From the NCBI GenBank assembly GCA_038883715.1, contig JAVZLS010000002.1, positions 64,001-128,000 of the forward strand: a stretch of DNA of 64,000 nucleotides, in the 5' to 3' direction. The position numbers were made by a program, and so were the translations under genes. This document shows positions 49,455 through 58,499 of this stretch, piece after piece. The DNA comes from Candidatus Bathyarchaeia archaeon (GTDB lineage Archaea > Thermoproteota > Bathyarchaeia > Bathyarchaeales > Bathycorpusculaceae). Below the pieces are notes generated by a model that was not told the origin of the DNA, did no database searches, and saw only the letters and a program-made list of their open reading frames with translations. The stretch's first letter is position 1. Every line of letters begins with the position of its first letter.

Positions 49455-52184
49455 ATGAAGAAAACAGTTGTTCCAACAGCAGTCCTTGTTGCCGTGTTAC
49501 TGGCTTCAATCTTCATGATGATTCCAGCGGCAACAGCTGAGCGCGGGCCGAGAAGGGACCTAGACATTTACTGGTACACTGATCCTGATGCGGCTTGGAC
49601 GGCTCTAAAGAAAGGCGAAATTGATATGATGCAGTGGTCTCTAAGCGAGGAACAATTGGCTGAAGCTGTTGCAGATCCAAACATTGTTGTCGCAAGCTAT
49701 GTTGAAAACGGTATGATGGAGTTCGACTTTAACAACAACAAAACAATTGCTGATTACCCAACGTCAACAAACCCGATGAGTATCACGGAATTTAGGATAG
49801 CTTTGGCTTACCTGATAGATCCTGACTACGTTGTTAGGGACATATTGCACTATTTCGGTTCAAGAATAGATGCACCAGTATGCTACCCACAGATTGAGGG
49901 TTGGGTTTACCCGCCCGAATCAGGCTTAAGCGTTGTAACCTACGACTGGAACCACAACGGCAAAATAGACCCCGAAGAGGACAACTATCCATACAAATAT
50001 AGCGTGGACAAGGCTGCAGAAACGCTTGCCCAAATGGGCTTCAATGACACCGACGGGAACGGCTACCTAAACTATCCAAACAACCCAGAGGTTTGGGGTG
50101 ACGCAGCAGGAAAAGACACAACTAAGATGCCTCTAAAAATCTGTATAAGGACAGAGGACCAGAGGCGCGACGCTGGCCGCTACCTGTACAGGCAGCTTGA
50201 AGGCGACCCTAATGTGGCGGGAGACAGCGCCCTAGCCCGATCGCCTAAATGGGCGCAATACGGCAAGGTTGGAGGAGACTTTGATACAACGGATGAAACA
50301 TGGGTTCAGCCAAGAAAAGTTCTATCCCCAATAGTCTTCAGAGACCGCAACTACCACATTTACACAGGCGGATGGAGCTTCGGAAGGTTCCCAACATACC
50401 TGTTCTTCCTGTTCCACAGCATGTTCTGGTTCCCATACGGATCAAACTACGTTTCTGACCATGCCCATCCAGACTTAGACCCAATTCTTGAGGACATATA
50501 CTACGCCAACAGCATACCAGACGCCCAAATCGCAGCAAAAAACTACACGCGTGAGCACGTCCTCAGGGTCATTAACAGGCCGTTATGGAGCTACACAAGC
50601 TACTATGCATGGCGCAAGACGCTTGTTGGCGTAGTTAACATGAAAGGCTATGGAGTAGTAAACGACTACACGTTCCTAAACGCCTATAGAGCCGATAGCC
50701 CAACAGGCCCCATAAGAATGGGAGTTGTCAACACATGGGACCGTCTAAACATCCTCTACAGCCAATGGGTCTTCGAATATGCCTTCCTAGACCGCGTCTA
50801 CACTGGCGGAATAGCCGTCAACCCATACGACTTAACAGTTGACATCCCATGGGCCTTCCAAGACTGGGATGTCGGCACATGGGTGGACCCGAGAGACGGC
50901 CATACCAAAACTGTGGTTACATACTGGATTAGGCCAGACGTTGGCTGCGCCGCCCCAGTTAATGGAAACTTCACAGGCTTCTACAATTCGAAAGACTTTG
51001 AATTTACAATATGGTACAACTACGCTTATGACGACAGCTGGCAATGGAGCAGCTTCATGGACATACACCACACAGAAATAATTGACTGCCGCACAATAAG
51101 AGTCTACTTCGACGACCAAAGCTACTGGTTCCAGTACGCGCCAACATACCCGCTCCTAGGACCATCAGAAATCCTAAGCGACCAACTCTGCACAGAAAAG
51201 ACTGCAACCTTCACAGGAGCAGACCTTGTAGAAGTGGCTCCAGGCTACTTTGAATACCAATTCACAACAGACCAGGTTGCAGGCGTAATAAACGCCACAT
51301 GCAACGGCGTCCCCATATATGAAGGCGTAGATTTCTACATAAGGGCAGGCTACGACGTATACTGCCACAACGTCTTCGTAAACCTAACAAGCTTCAAACC
51401 AACCGACATAATAACAATTAGCTACTACAAGCCTATACCTGCTGGCGCAGACGGCACCTTCTTAGGAGGCAACGCAGGATACGACTGGACAGACACAATG
51501 TTCGCTTACGGCCTATACTACCCAGTTGCGCTCACCAGCACAGAAGCAGCCCTAAACAAGAACCCATACTTCTTCCTAGAAACACCAATCCTTGGCGAAA
51601 TCGACTGGCGCTGGAACTGGGTGGCGGGACCAAAGCCGCGCAAAGGCTACTTCAAAATCGACATACTAGACGTAGTAAAATGCACAGGATCCTACTGCCA
51701 CAGAGGAGACGGACCCTTCGACCCAGTCTACATGCCAGGAGCAGACCTAGACAAGAACGACCTAGGCCACGTGGGCATACTAGACCTAGTAACAATAACA
51801 GGAGTATATGCTAGAACCTTTGGAACAGTGCCGGCCAGCACGGTAGGAGTTGTCGGAGGCACAACAGACACCACAGCCAACTACAAAATCCAATGGGAAA
51901 CCGCATACTTCTATTACGTCAAATACAACGTGCCAACCCCAGTTAAGAAAAGCTACCACTCTGTCTACGTTTACGGCCTCGGAAGACCAATAACCGTAAG
52001 AGTCTACCCATACTGTTTCAGCCCAAGAGACGTCCTAATCTGGTGGAAGAAATACGGAGACGGCACAACAACAATAGCTCCAACCTACGTTGAAGTTTCG
52101 ACAACAGCCCCAACCTACGCCATAAACGTCATATGGCACAAGCCAGATTGCACATGGGAAAAACTACTAATCTGGATCGATTAA
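49455..52184 (+). CDS. oppA: Family-5 (OppA/DppA-like) ABC substrate-binding protein, circularly permuted, with dockerin-like module
   Basis: ALKKGEID, FRIALAYLID, YSVDKAAETL, GGW..LFHS precede the normally N-terminal IRMG..LN..VY..P segment; KIDILDVV...ADLDKNDLGHVGILDLV; directly upstream of oppBC. Confidence 0.85.
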   Translation: MKKTVVPTAVLVAVLLASIFMMIPAATAERGPRRDLDIYWYTDPDAAWTALKKGEIDMMQWSLSEEQLAEAVADPNIVVASYVENGMMEFDFNNNKTIADYPTSTNPMSITEFRIALAYLIDPDYVVRDILHYFGSRIDAPVCYPQIEGWVYPPESGLSVVTYDWNHNGKIDPEEDNYPYKYSVDKAAETLAQMGFNDTDGNGYLNYPNNPEVWGDAAGKDTTKMPLKICIRTEDQRRDAGRYLYRQLEGDPNVAGDSALARSPKWAQYGKVGGDFDTTDETWVQPRKVLSPIVFRDRNYHIYTGGWSFGRFPTYLFFLFHSMFWFPYGSNYVSDHAHPDLDPILEDIYYANSIPDAQIAAKNYTREHVLRVINRPLWSYTSYYAWRKTLVGVVNMKGYGVVNDYTFLNAYRADSPTGPIRMGVVNTWDRLNILYSQWVFEYAFLDRVYTGGIAVNPYDLTVDIPWAFQDWDVGTWVDPRDGHTKTVVTYWIRPDVGCAAPVNGNFTGFYNSKDFEFTIWYNYAYDDSWQWSSFMDIHHTEIIDCRTIRVYFDDQSYWFQYAPTYPLLGPSEILSDQLCTEKTATFTGADLVEVAPGYFEYQFTTDQVAGVINATCNGVPIYEGVDFYIRAGYDVYCHNVFVNLTSFKPTDIITISYYKPIPAGADGTFLGGNAGYDWTDTMFAYGLYYPVALTSTEAALNKNPYFFLETPILGEIDWRWNWVAGPKPRKGYFKIDILDVVKCTGSYCHRGDGPFDPVYMPGADLDKNDLGHVGILDLVTITGVYARTFGTVPASTVGVVGGTTDTTANYKIQWETAYFYYVKYNVPTPVKKSYHSVYVYGLGRPITVRVYPYCFSPRDVLIWWKKYGDGTTTIAPTYVEVSTTAPTYAINVIWHKPDCTWEKLLIWID

Positions 52185-52220
52185 AATCCTCTTCCCCAAA
52201 TCCCCCATTTTTTATTTAAA
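52185..52220 (+). terminator. C-rich + oligo-T terminator after the binding-protein gene
   Basis: cttccccaaatcccccattttttattt right after the stop. Confidence 0.65.
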
Positions 52221-52259
52221 AATTTAAGAAGTCACAATTATCATCAAATTTTTCAAGTC

Positions 52260-52270
52260 AAAGCTTAAAT
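52260..52270 (+). promoter_or_regulatory. BRE/TATA element AAAGCTTAAAT (oppB)
   Basis: 37 bp before TTG 52307. Confidence 0.7.
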
Positions 52271-52306
52271 ACAAAATAAAAGACTACACAAAACGGAGGA
52301 GCAATA

Positions 52307-53308
52307 TTGGGATTAAAAGGCTACATAGCAAAAAGGTTAGTTTATACAGCCTTCTTAGTATGGGCAATAATCACAGTTAACTTCCTAATCTTCACAGCCA
52401 TGCCAGGCAGCCCAATAGAAGCCTACATGGGTTCATTAAAAGGAGCCAACCCTGAAGCTTTCAGGCGGCTAGCCGAACACTACGGACTATACAAGCCAAT
52501 GCACGAAAAATACTTTCTAACACTAAAAAACCTATTAACTTTTAACTTTGGCTACTCAGAACGATATCGCGATTCCATCCTCAACCTAATAGTTCGGGAA
52601 CCTCTTCCAAACACGCTGATATTAATGGGCACAGCTGAAGTAATAACAATAATAATCGGGATGCTGATAGGCGTTATCGTGGCATACAAAAGAGGAGGAA
52701 TATTAGACACAACATTGGTAACTGGCTCATTATTAACATATTCTGTTCCAATATTCTTTATCGGATGGCTTTTAATAACCTTCTTCAGCCTTTACCTTCA
52801 CTGGCTACCCACAGGCCGCGCTTACCCCGTAGAATGGATCAGAAATCCACCATCAACTATAATTGAATATGTAACAGGCAGACTATACCACATGATTTTA
52901 CCCACAATCACCCTCGTAATATTTAGTGTCGGCGGATGGATACTCCTAACGAGAGCGTGTATCCTTGAAACAATCACCGAAGACTACGTAGTAACCGCCA
53001 GAGCAAAAGGTCTAAAAGAAAGAACAGTCCTATACAAACACGTACTTAAAAACGCTTCACTCCCACTAATAACAAACATCGCCCTTGCATTCGCCGGAAT
53101 GATCGGAGGGGCAATGATAACAGAAACCCTATTTAATTACAAAGGCATGGGAAGATTAACATACGACGCCATTTTCCTTACAGGTGGAGGTTCAGACATA
53201 CCCCTCCTCCAAGCCATCTTCTACATCCTGGCATTATGTGTTGTCGTAGCTAACTTTCTTGCAGATCTCCTATATGGTGTAATTGACCCTCGCGTAAGAT
53301 ATGGATAA
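52307..53308 (+). CDS. oppB: Oligopeptide ABC permease OppB/DppB
   Basis: MPGSP, FNFGYS, EDYVVTARAKGL, ETLFNYKGMG, DLLYGVIDPRVR. Confidence 0.93.
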   Translation: MGLKGYIAKRLVYTAFLVWAIITVNFLIFTAMPGSPIEAYMGSLKGANPEAFRRLAEHYGLYKPMHEKYFLTLKNLLTFNFGYSERYRDSILNLIVREPLPNTLILMGTAEVITIIIGMLIGVIVAYKRGGILDTTLVTGSLLTYSVPIFFIGWLLITFFSLYLHWLPTGRAYPVEWIRNPPSTIIEYVTGRLYHMILPTITLVIFSVGGWILLTRACILETITEDYVVTARAKGLKERTVLYKHVLKNASLPLITNIALAFAGMIGGAMITETLFNYKGMGRLTYDAIFLTGGGSDIPLLQAIFYILALCVVVANFLADLLYGVIDPRVRYG

Positions 53309-55196
53309 GGGGAGCAAAATGGCAACAAGAGAGCAAAAAATAAAATTCGCAATAAAAAGGTTTAAAGGCTTTTGGAACCAGTTTAAAAGAAGCAAACGCG
53401 GACTTGTAGGGTTATCAATAATAATTTTTTTCTCAATTATAGCGATATTCGCACCATTAATAGCCCCCTATGAACCAATCGAGCCGAAAATATCACGCGA
53501 TGAATACCCTGGCACCCCAGGCGTTAAAATTGCCGTTCAGTTATGCAAACCAGTATGGTACAAATACCTCCCGTGGATAAAAAGAGGCTACACAAACATA
53601 ACTGAAGCTTTCTACTTTTACGGCGAAATACAATTTAAATTCGCTTTCATATACTTCGTCCCCGAAGCCGAACATCCCGCAGAAGGCCTTCAACAGAATT
53701 TCGAAAAAGTCCACAACTTTTCAAATGCGATGATAGCAAGTCACAAGATTTTGGAAGTTAAGGAAATAAAAGCCATTCTATCAAGCGGTGCACATCAATT
53801 CAACCTCTCCGAATGGACTGTAAGAGGCAGCAGAGACGTTCTCCCAATAGAATCAGTCTTGCCCGCTGAAAAATTGCTTCAAATGTGCCCTAACGCCACA
53901 AGGTTTGAGTTGACATACACAACAGGAGTTGACCTTACAGAAAACATGAAGATAGTCAACGATCACAAATTTACCAAAAGCGAAAGCTTCGACGAGTGGA
54001 AATGGGCCTCTGAAAGTAGCGGAATTGGCGTCCAATACGATGAAGAACATGGCTATGTCCTTTACACGACTCAAAAAGAGCGCGGATGCTTGCGTGTAAC
54101 ATATACGGCAGCTGGTCAAGTATCAGAAGGAGATATAACAGTAACAATTTGGAAGGAATTTAATTATCCATACTTTGAACCACCTCGGGACATCTTTATC
54201 CACACATCGATATATAAAACCGGGAACTCATCCATTAAATTACAGTGGGTCTTCATTCGGGAGAACAAAACATTTATTGCCGCTGAAAACACTGTAACTG
54301 AATCTGGGAATTACAAACATCTTTACGCCTCCAGCTTCATGGCAAACACCACATTTATTGACCAAACATTTGCAGCACCAGGCAACTACAAATTTGCATT
54401 AAAACTCATAATTCCATCGCAAAGCAATACAACAATATACTTGGATCATGTTGACTGTTTATTATACGGCAACACCTTCGGGTTATTAGGCACAGATAAC
54501 GCTAAAGTATATCCAAGTGACCTTTTCTCAACCCTAGTTTATGGAACGAGAGTATCATTAATCGTGGGGGTTCTAACAGCTGTCTTCTCAACATTTATCG
54601 GACTCTTCTTAGGGTTGGTTTCCGGCTACGTCGGCGGAATAGTTGACGAAGGAATAATGCGTTTCACAGATCTGTTGATGGTGCTTCCAACATTACCACT
54701 CTTCATAGTGCTGACAGTCTCCCTGCGAGCAGCATCCGGGTTCGTTAGCATGTGGAACCTCATAATAATACTTACACTTTTTGGCTGGATGGGCTTCGCC
54801 AGATCAGTAAGATCGATGGTTCTCAGCTTACGTGAAAGAGCATTTGTAGAGGCGGCAAAGGCGGCTGGAGGAGGAAGATTTCACATAATCAATAGACATA
54901 TATTACCAAATGTCTTCGCCCTGGTATACATTACACTAGCGACGTCCGTTCCATCAGCTATAGTGGTGGAAGCTTCATTGTCATGGCTTGGACTAGGCGA
55001 CCCTAGATTGGCATCATGGGGAAAAATACTCTACGATTTCAACAGTTCAGGTATAGTAACCACAAAAGGGCTATTAGACTATTGGTTCTGGGTCTTCCCC
55101 GCCTGCATCTCGATAGCAATACTTGCAGCTGCATTTGTCCTTGTAGGTTATGCCCTAGACGAAATATTAAACCCAAGACTCAGAGAGAGACGCTAA
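53301..55196 (+). CDS. oppC: Oligopeptide ABC permease OppC/DppC with large extracytoplasmic insertion
   Basis: APLIAPYEP ... ~300-aa soluble insert ... LLGTD, YGTRVSL, FVEAAKAAG, HILPNV, LNPRLR. Confidence 0.9.
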   Translation: MDKGSKMATREQKIKFAIKRFKGFWNQFKRSKRGLVGLSIIIFFSIIAIFAPLIAPYEPIEPKISRDEYPGTPGVKIAVQLCKPVWYKYLPWIKRGYTNITEAFYFYGEIQFKFAFIYFVPEAEHPAEGLQQNFEKVHNFSNAMIASHKILEVKEIKAILSSGAHQFNLSEWTVRGSRDVLPIESVLPAEKLLQMCPNATRFELTYTTGVDLTENMKIVNDHKFTKSESFDEWKWASESSGIGVQYDEEHGYVLYTTQKERGCLRVTYTAAGQVSEGDITVTIWKEFNYPYFEPPRDIFIHTSIYKTGNSSIKLQWVFIRENKTFIAAENTVTESGNYKHLYASSFMANTTFIDQTFAAPGNYKFALKLIIPSQSNTTIYLDHVDCLLYGNTFGLLGTDNAKVYPSDLFSTLVYGTRVSLIVGVLTAVFSTFIGLFLGLVSGYVGGIVDEGIMRFTDLLMVLPTLPLFIVLTVSLRAASGFVSMWNLIIILTLFGWMGFARSVRSMVLSLRERAFVEAAKAAGGGRFHIINRHILPNVFALVYITLATSVPSAIVVEASLSWLGLGDPRLASWGKILYDFNSSGIVTTKGLLDYWFWVFPACISIAILAAAFVLVGYALDEILNPRLRERR

Positions 55197-55209
55197 AACC
55201 ATTTCAACC

Positions 55210-55581
55210 TTATAAACGGACTAATATTTCATCAACAAATCTCCAAAAACGTCTCTCCAACTCATCTATTTTTTCTAAAGATCTTGACCCCTTTAAATAA
55301 AGATGTCCTCCAAGTATTAACGAATAAAATGGTGTAAATAAAGTCAAATGCCGCAAAAGCGGTCCAGGCAAAAACTCAACAGTAAAATCGTCAGGCTTTC
55401 CCTTAATATAGACAAAAATTTTTTCAGATATACCGTGAAAACTTTTGGGAAAGACCGTGATGATGTAAGCTTCCTTCTTCCTCTTTAGAGATACATCAAA
55501 CCCCTCGTTGGTAAAGAATTGGCATATACAATCACTTAGTACTTTTAGATCAATGTTTTTTCCTTTCCACGAATCTTTCAT
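55210..55581 (-). CDS. Hypothetical protein inserted antisense within the opp cluster
   Basis: 123-aa ATG-start ORF filling the oppC-oppD gap. Confidence 0.65.
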   Translation of the reverse strand: MKDSWKGKNIDLKVLSDCICQFFTNEGFDVSLKRKKEAYIITVFPKSFHGISEKIFVYIKGKPDDFTVEFLPGPLLRHLTLFTPFYSLILGGHLYLKGSRSLEKIDELERRFWRFVDEILVRL

Positions 55582-55638
55582 CAGTGCCCCAGAAAACTAA
55601 ATAATCTTAGATAATAAAAACTTACCGTAAAAAGGCTT

Positions 55639-55649
55639 AAAGCTTAAAT
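55639..55649 (+). promoter_or_regulatory. BRE/TATA element AAAGCTTAAAT (oppD)
   Basis: 38 bp before ATG 55687. Confidence 0.7.
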
Positions 55650-55677
55650 AAACGTCAACGTCTATTCAAAACGGCAT

Positions 55678-56646
55678 GTGAATGGTATGCCAATACTAAG
55701 CGTTGAAAACCTAACAACCTATTATCGGACTTTAAGAGGTTATGTTAGAGCTGTTGAAAATGTAAGCTTCAACTTAGAGAAAGGGGAAGCCATGGGGTTA
55801 GCCGGTGAGTCTGGCTGTGGGAAAACAACAGTTGCACTATCAATTCTAAAACTTTTGCCTTTCAATGGAGAAATAGTTAAAGGACATATATTTTTTAAGG
55901 AAAATGATATTGTAAACATGAAAGAAAGCGAGCTACGTGAAAACGTCAGATGGAAAGGCATATCTCTGATTTTCCAAGGAGCAATGAACGCATTAAACCC
56001 TGTCTATAGCGTTGAATATCAAATTATAGAGGCTATTAAATTGCATGAAAAGAATGTGAGCAAAAAAGAAGCTAAAGAGCGGGTGCGGAAACTCTTTGAA
56101 CTCGTCGGCTTAGACCCAAAACGGGCCTCTAACTACCCCCACGAGTTCAGCGGCGGCATGCGGCAACGTGCGATGATTGCCATGGCCCTCGCATGCAACC
56201 CAGACATACTTATTGCCGATGAACCTGGAACTGCATTAGACGTAGTTGTTCAAGCGCAAGTTCTAAAATTAATGAGAAGTCTCAAAGAAAAGCTAAACCT
56301 TGGAGTAATAATTATCACCCATGACCTTTCAATAATCTCTGAAACATGCGAAAAGTTCGCCGTTATGTATGCTGGAAAAATTGTTGAACTTGGAGATGTT
56401 TTAACAGTTTTCAAGGAGCCTCTACACCCTTATACACAAGGTTTGATATCGGCATTTCCAAATATTAAGGAGCCGAAACGCAAAATGGAATCAATACCAG
56501 GATCACCTCCAAACCTTTTAAATCCTCCATCAGGATGTAGGTTTAACCCTCGCTGTAAGTATACAATGGACAAGTGCAAAAAGGATGAGCCTGAAGTGAT
56601 AGAGGTGTCAAAAGGCCATTTTGTAGCATGTCATCTTGTAAGGTGA
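55678..56646 (+). CDS. oppD: Oligopeptide ABC ATPase OppD/DppD
   Basis: [35 protein letters not shown]...VACH; likely start ATG 55687. Confidence 0.95.
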   Translation: MNGMPILSVENLTTYYRTLRGYVRAVENVSFNLEKGEAMGLAGESGCGKTTVALSILKLLPFNGEIVKGHIFFKENDIVNMKESELRENVRWKGISLIFQGAMNALNPVYSVEYQIIEAIKLHEKNVSKKEAKERVRKLFELVGLDPKRASNYPHEFSGGMRQRAMIAMALACNPDILIADEPGTALDVVVQAQVLKLMRSLKEKLNLGVIIITHDLSIISETCEKFAVMYAGKIVELGDVLTVFKEPLHPYTQGLISAFPNIKEPKRKMESIPGSPPNLLNPPSGCRFNPRCKYTMDKCKKDEPEVIEVSKGHFVACHLVR

Positions 56647-57659
56647 TTGATTTTATGTCGGAACATATCATAAAAGTTGAAAAGCTTAGAAAATGGTTCC
56701 CTGTTAGGCTAGGTTTCTTTCGTTCTCTTATCTCAAGGAGACAGCTCTTTGTCCGCGCAGTTGATGGTGTCAGCTTCGAAATTCACAAGGGAGAAATCTT
56801 TGGTCTTGCAGGAGAAAGCGGCAGCGGTAAGACAACAACTGGCCGCATGCTTGTTAAACTCATAGAACCGACGAGTGGAAAAATAATCTTCCGCGGCCAA
56901 GATATCACATTCCTTAAACCAGAAGAAGTAAAGCCTTTACGGAGACATTTCCAAATAGTGTTTCAAGATCCCTACGAATCTTTAAATCCCAGAATGACTG
57001 TTGGCGATATTTTGGCTGAACCATTAAGGCTTTTAAAGGTCGTAGAGTCGGAAGACGAATTGGAAGCAAAGGTTAGGCAAATACTTGAAGATGTTGAACT
57101 AATCCCTCCAGAAGAGTTTATATTCAGATATCCCCACGAGTTAAGTGGAGGACAGAGGCAGCGAGTCGCAACTGCAAGGGCTTTTGTTGTTAATCCAGAC
57201 TTTATAGTGGCAGACGAGCCGGTTTCAATGTTGGATGTTTCAATAAGAGCTGAAATACTTAAGTTAATGCTATCGCTGGTAGATAAGTACAAAACCTCTT
57301 TCTTATACATCACGCACGACCTAGCGTTGTCGAGGCATATGTGTGACCGTATTGGAATAATGTATCTTGGAAAAATAGTGGAAATGGGAACAAGCGACCA
57401 AATAGTCTATGAACCATTACATCCCTATACCAAAGCATTAATAGACGCCGTGCCAGTACCAGACCCCCTTGCAAAAAGAGGCGACGTTGTTATTAAGGGA
57501 GAAATTCCGAGCCCAATCAATCCTCCACCAGGCTGCCGTTTCCACACGCGATGTCCCCAATACATAGGTGACATCTGCCGCACAAAGGCGCCACCATTTA
57601 TGGACATGGGTAAAGGACACTTCGTTGCCTGTCACCTTTACGCAGAAGAGGCAAAGTAA
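56628..57659 (+). CDS. oppF: Oligopeptide ABC ATPase OppF/DppF
   Basis: [52 protein letters not shown]. Confidence 0.95.
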   Translation: MSSCKVIDFMSEHIIKVEKLRKWFPVRLGFFRSLISRRQLFVRAVDGVSFEIHKGEIFGLAGESGSGKTTTGRMLVKLIEPTSGKIIFRGQDITFLKPEEVKPLRRHFQIVFQDPYESLNPRMTVGDILAEPLRLLKVVESEDELEAKVRQILEDVELIPPEEFIFRYPHELSGGQRQRVATARAFVVNPDFIVADEPVSMLDVSIRAEILKLMLSLVDKYKTSFLYITHDLALSRHMCDRIGIMYLGKIVEMGTSDQIVYEPLHPYTKALIDAVPVPDPLAKRGDVVIKGEIPSPINPPPGCRFHTRCPQYIGDICRTKAPPFMDMGKGHFVACHLYAEEAK

Positions 57660-57663
57660 ACAG

Positions 57664-58362
57664 CTATTTTTGTTTTTTACTTTTCCGTGGTGTTTTACGC
57701 ATAAATTTTCTATTTATTAAAATGAGAACGACTCCGACGGCGATTATGACGCCTCCTGTTGGAATCAAATAAAAGTAAGGTCTTTCTTCCCGCAACTTTT
57801 GTTCTATCATTGTGAACTTAGCAGGTGGCGAGAGGAAAAATCCTTCATGCTGATTAGTGATAAATGCATGGTAAGTGCCACTATACTTGGTGATTGCGCC
57901 AAATTTATTGTTGTAATTATAGTATTTTGTTTTGTTTACTTCTTGAATTTTGTATTCTTCTTCCATGTATAATCCGCCATCATTTGAATTTACTGTAGCT
58001 CCAAAGAATTTGCCAGAAGGCTCGTGGCCCACCGTTTGCACTTTTGCATAGTACATAGTAATGTTTGTTTTTCCGCCATGGGGGTCTATAATAGTGATCT
58101 CCACTAGCGCAGCATCGGCTTGAAGAGGCCAATTAATCAAGCCGGAAGCTGGCTCAAACCATATCCACCAAAATTGTCCAGGTGCTATATCTAATACTAG
58201 TCTTGAGCCTGCCGAAAATTCTTTAGAGACTTCCCAACTGTTCGTCTCAATACGCTCTGTCTGGGATATCACAATCTTTACTTTATAACTAATTCCTGAA
58301 ATAATTAGAGCGTATCCGATAACAATAAAGATTATGCCTAAAACAATTAAAGAGCGTCCCAT
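57664..58362 (-). CDS. Membrane protein with N- and C-terminal TM helices and an extracellular beta domain
   Basis: Hydrophobic termini, basic tail. Confidence 0.7.
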   Translation of the reverse strand: MGRSLIVLGIIFIVIGYALIISGISYKVKIVISQTERIETNSWEVSKEFSAGSRLVLDIAPGQFWWIWFEPASGLINWPLQADAALVEITIIDPHGGKTNITMYYAKVQTVGHEPSGKFFGATVNSNDGGLYMEEEYKIQEVNKTKYYNYNNKFGAITKYSGTYHAFITNQHEGFFLSPPAKFTMIEQKLREERPYFYLIPTGGVIIAVGVVLILINRKFMRKTPRKSKKQK

Positions 58363-58499
58363 TTAACCCTTCACCAGTCAACATCAAAATGGAAAAGATT
58401 TATTTAAATTTTCTAGCAAACCACACAATATAGAAGATAATTCTAGCAAGGCTTATATGTTTTTGAGGCGTAGTATTTTTTGCCGAAGGGGAGAGGGCT

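Noticed and set aside
33778-52184. True cellulosome for cellulose degradation
   Set aside because: No glycoside hydrolase or clear cellulose-binding module recognised. The identifiable cargo is a peptidase and a family-5 binding protein. Caveats: the beta-helix domains are of unknown activity, and some archaeal family-5 transporters carry oligosaccharides.
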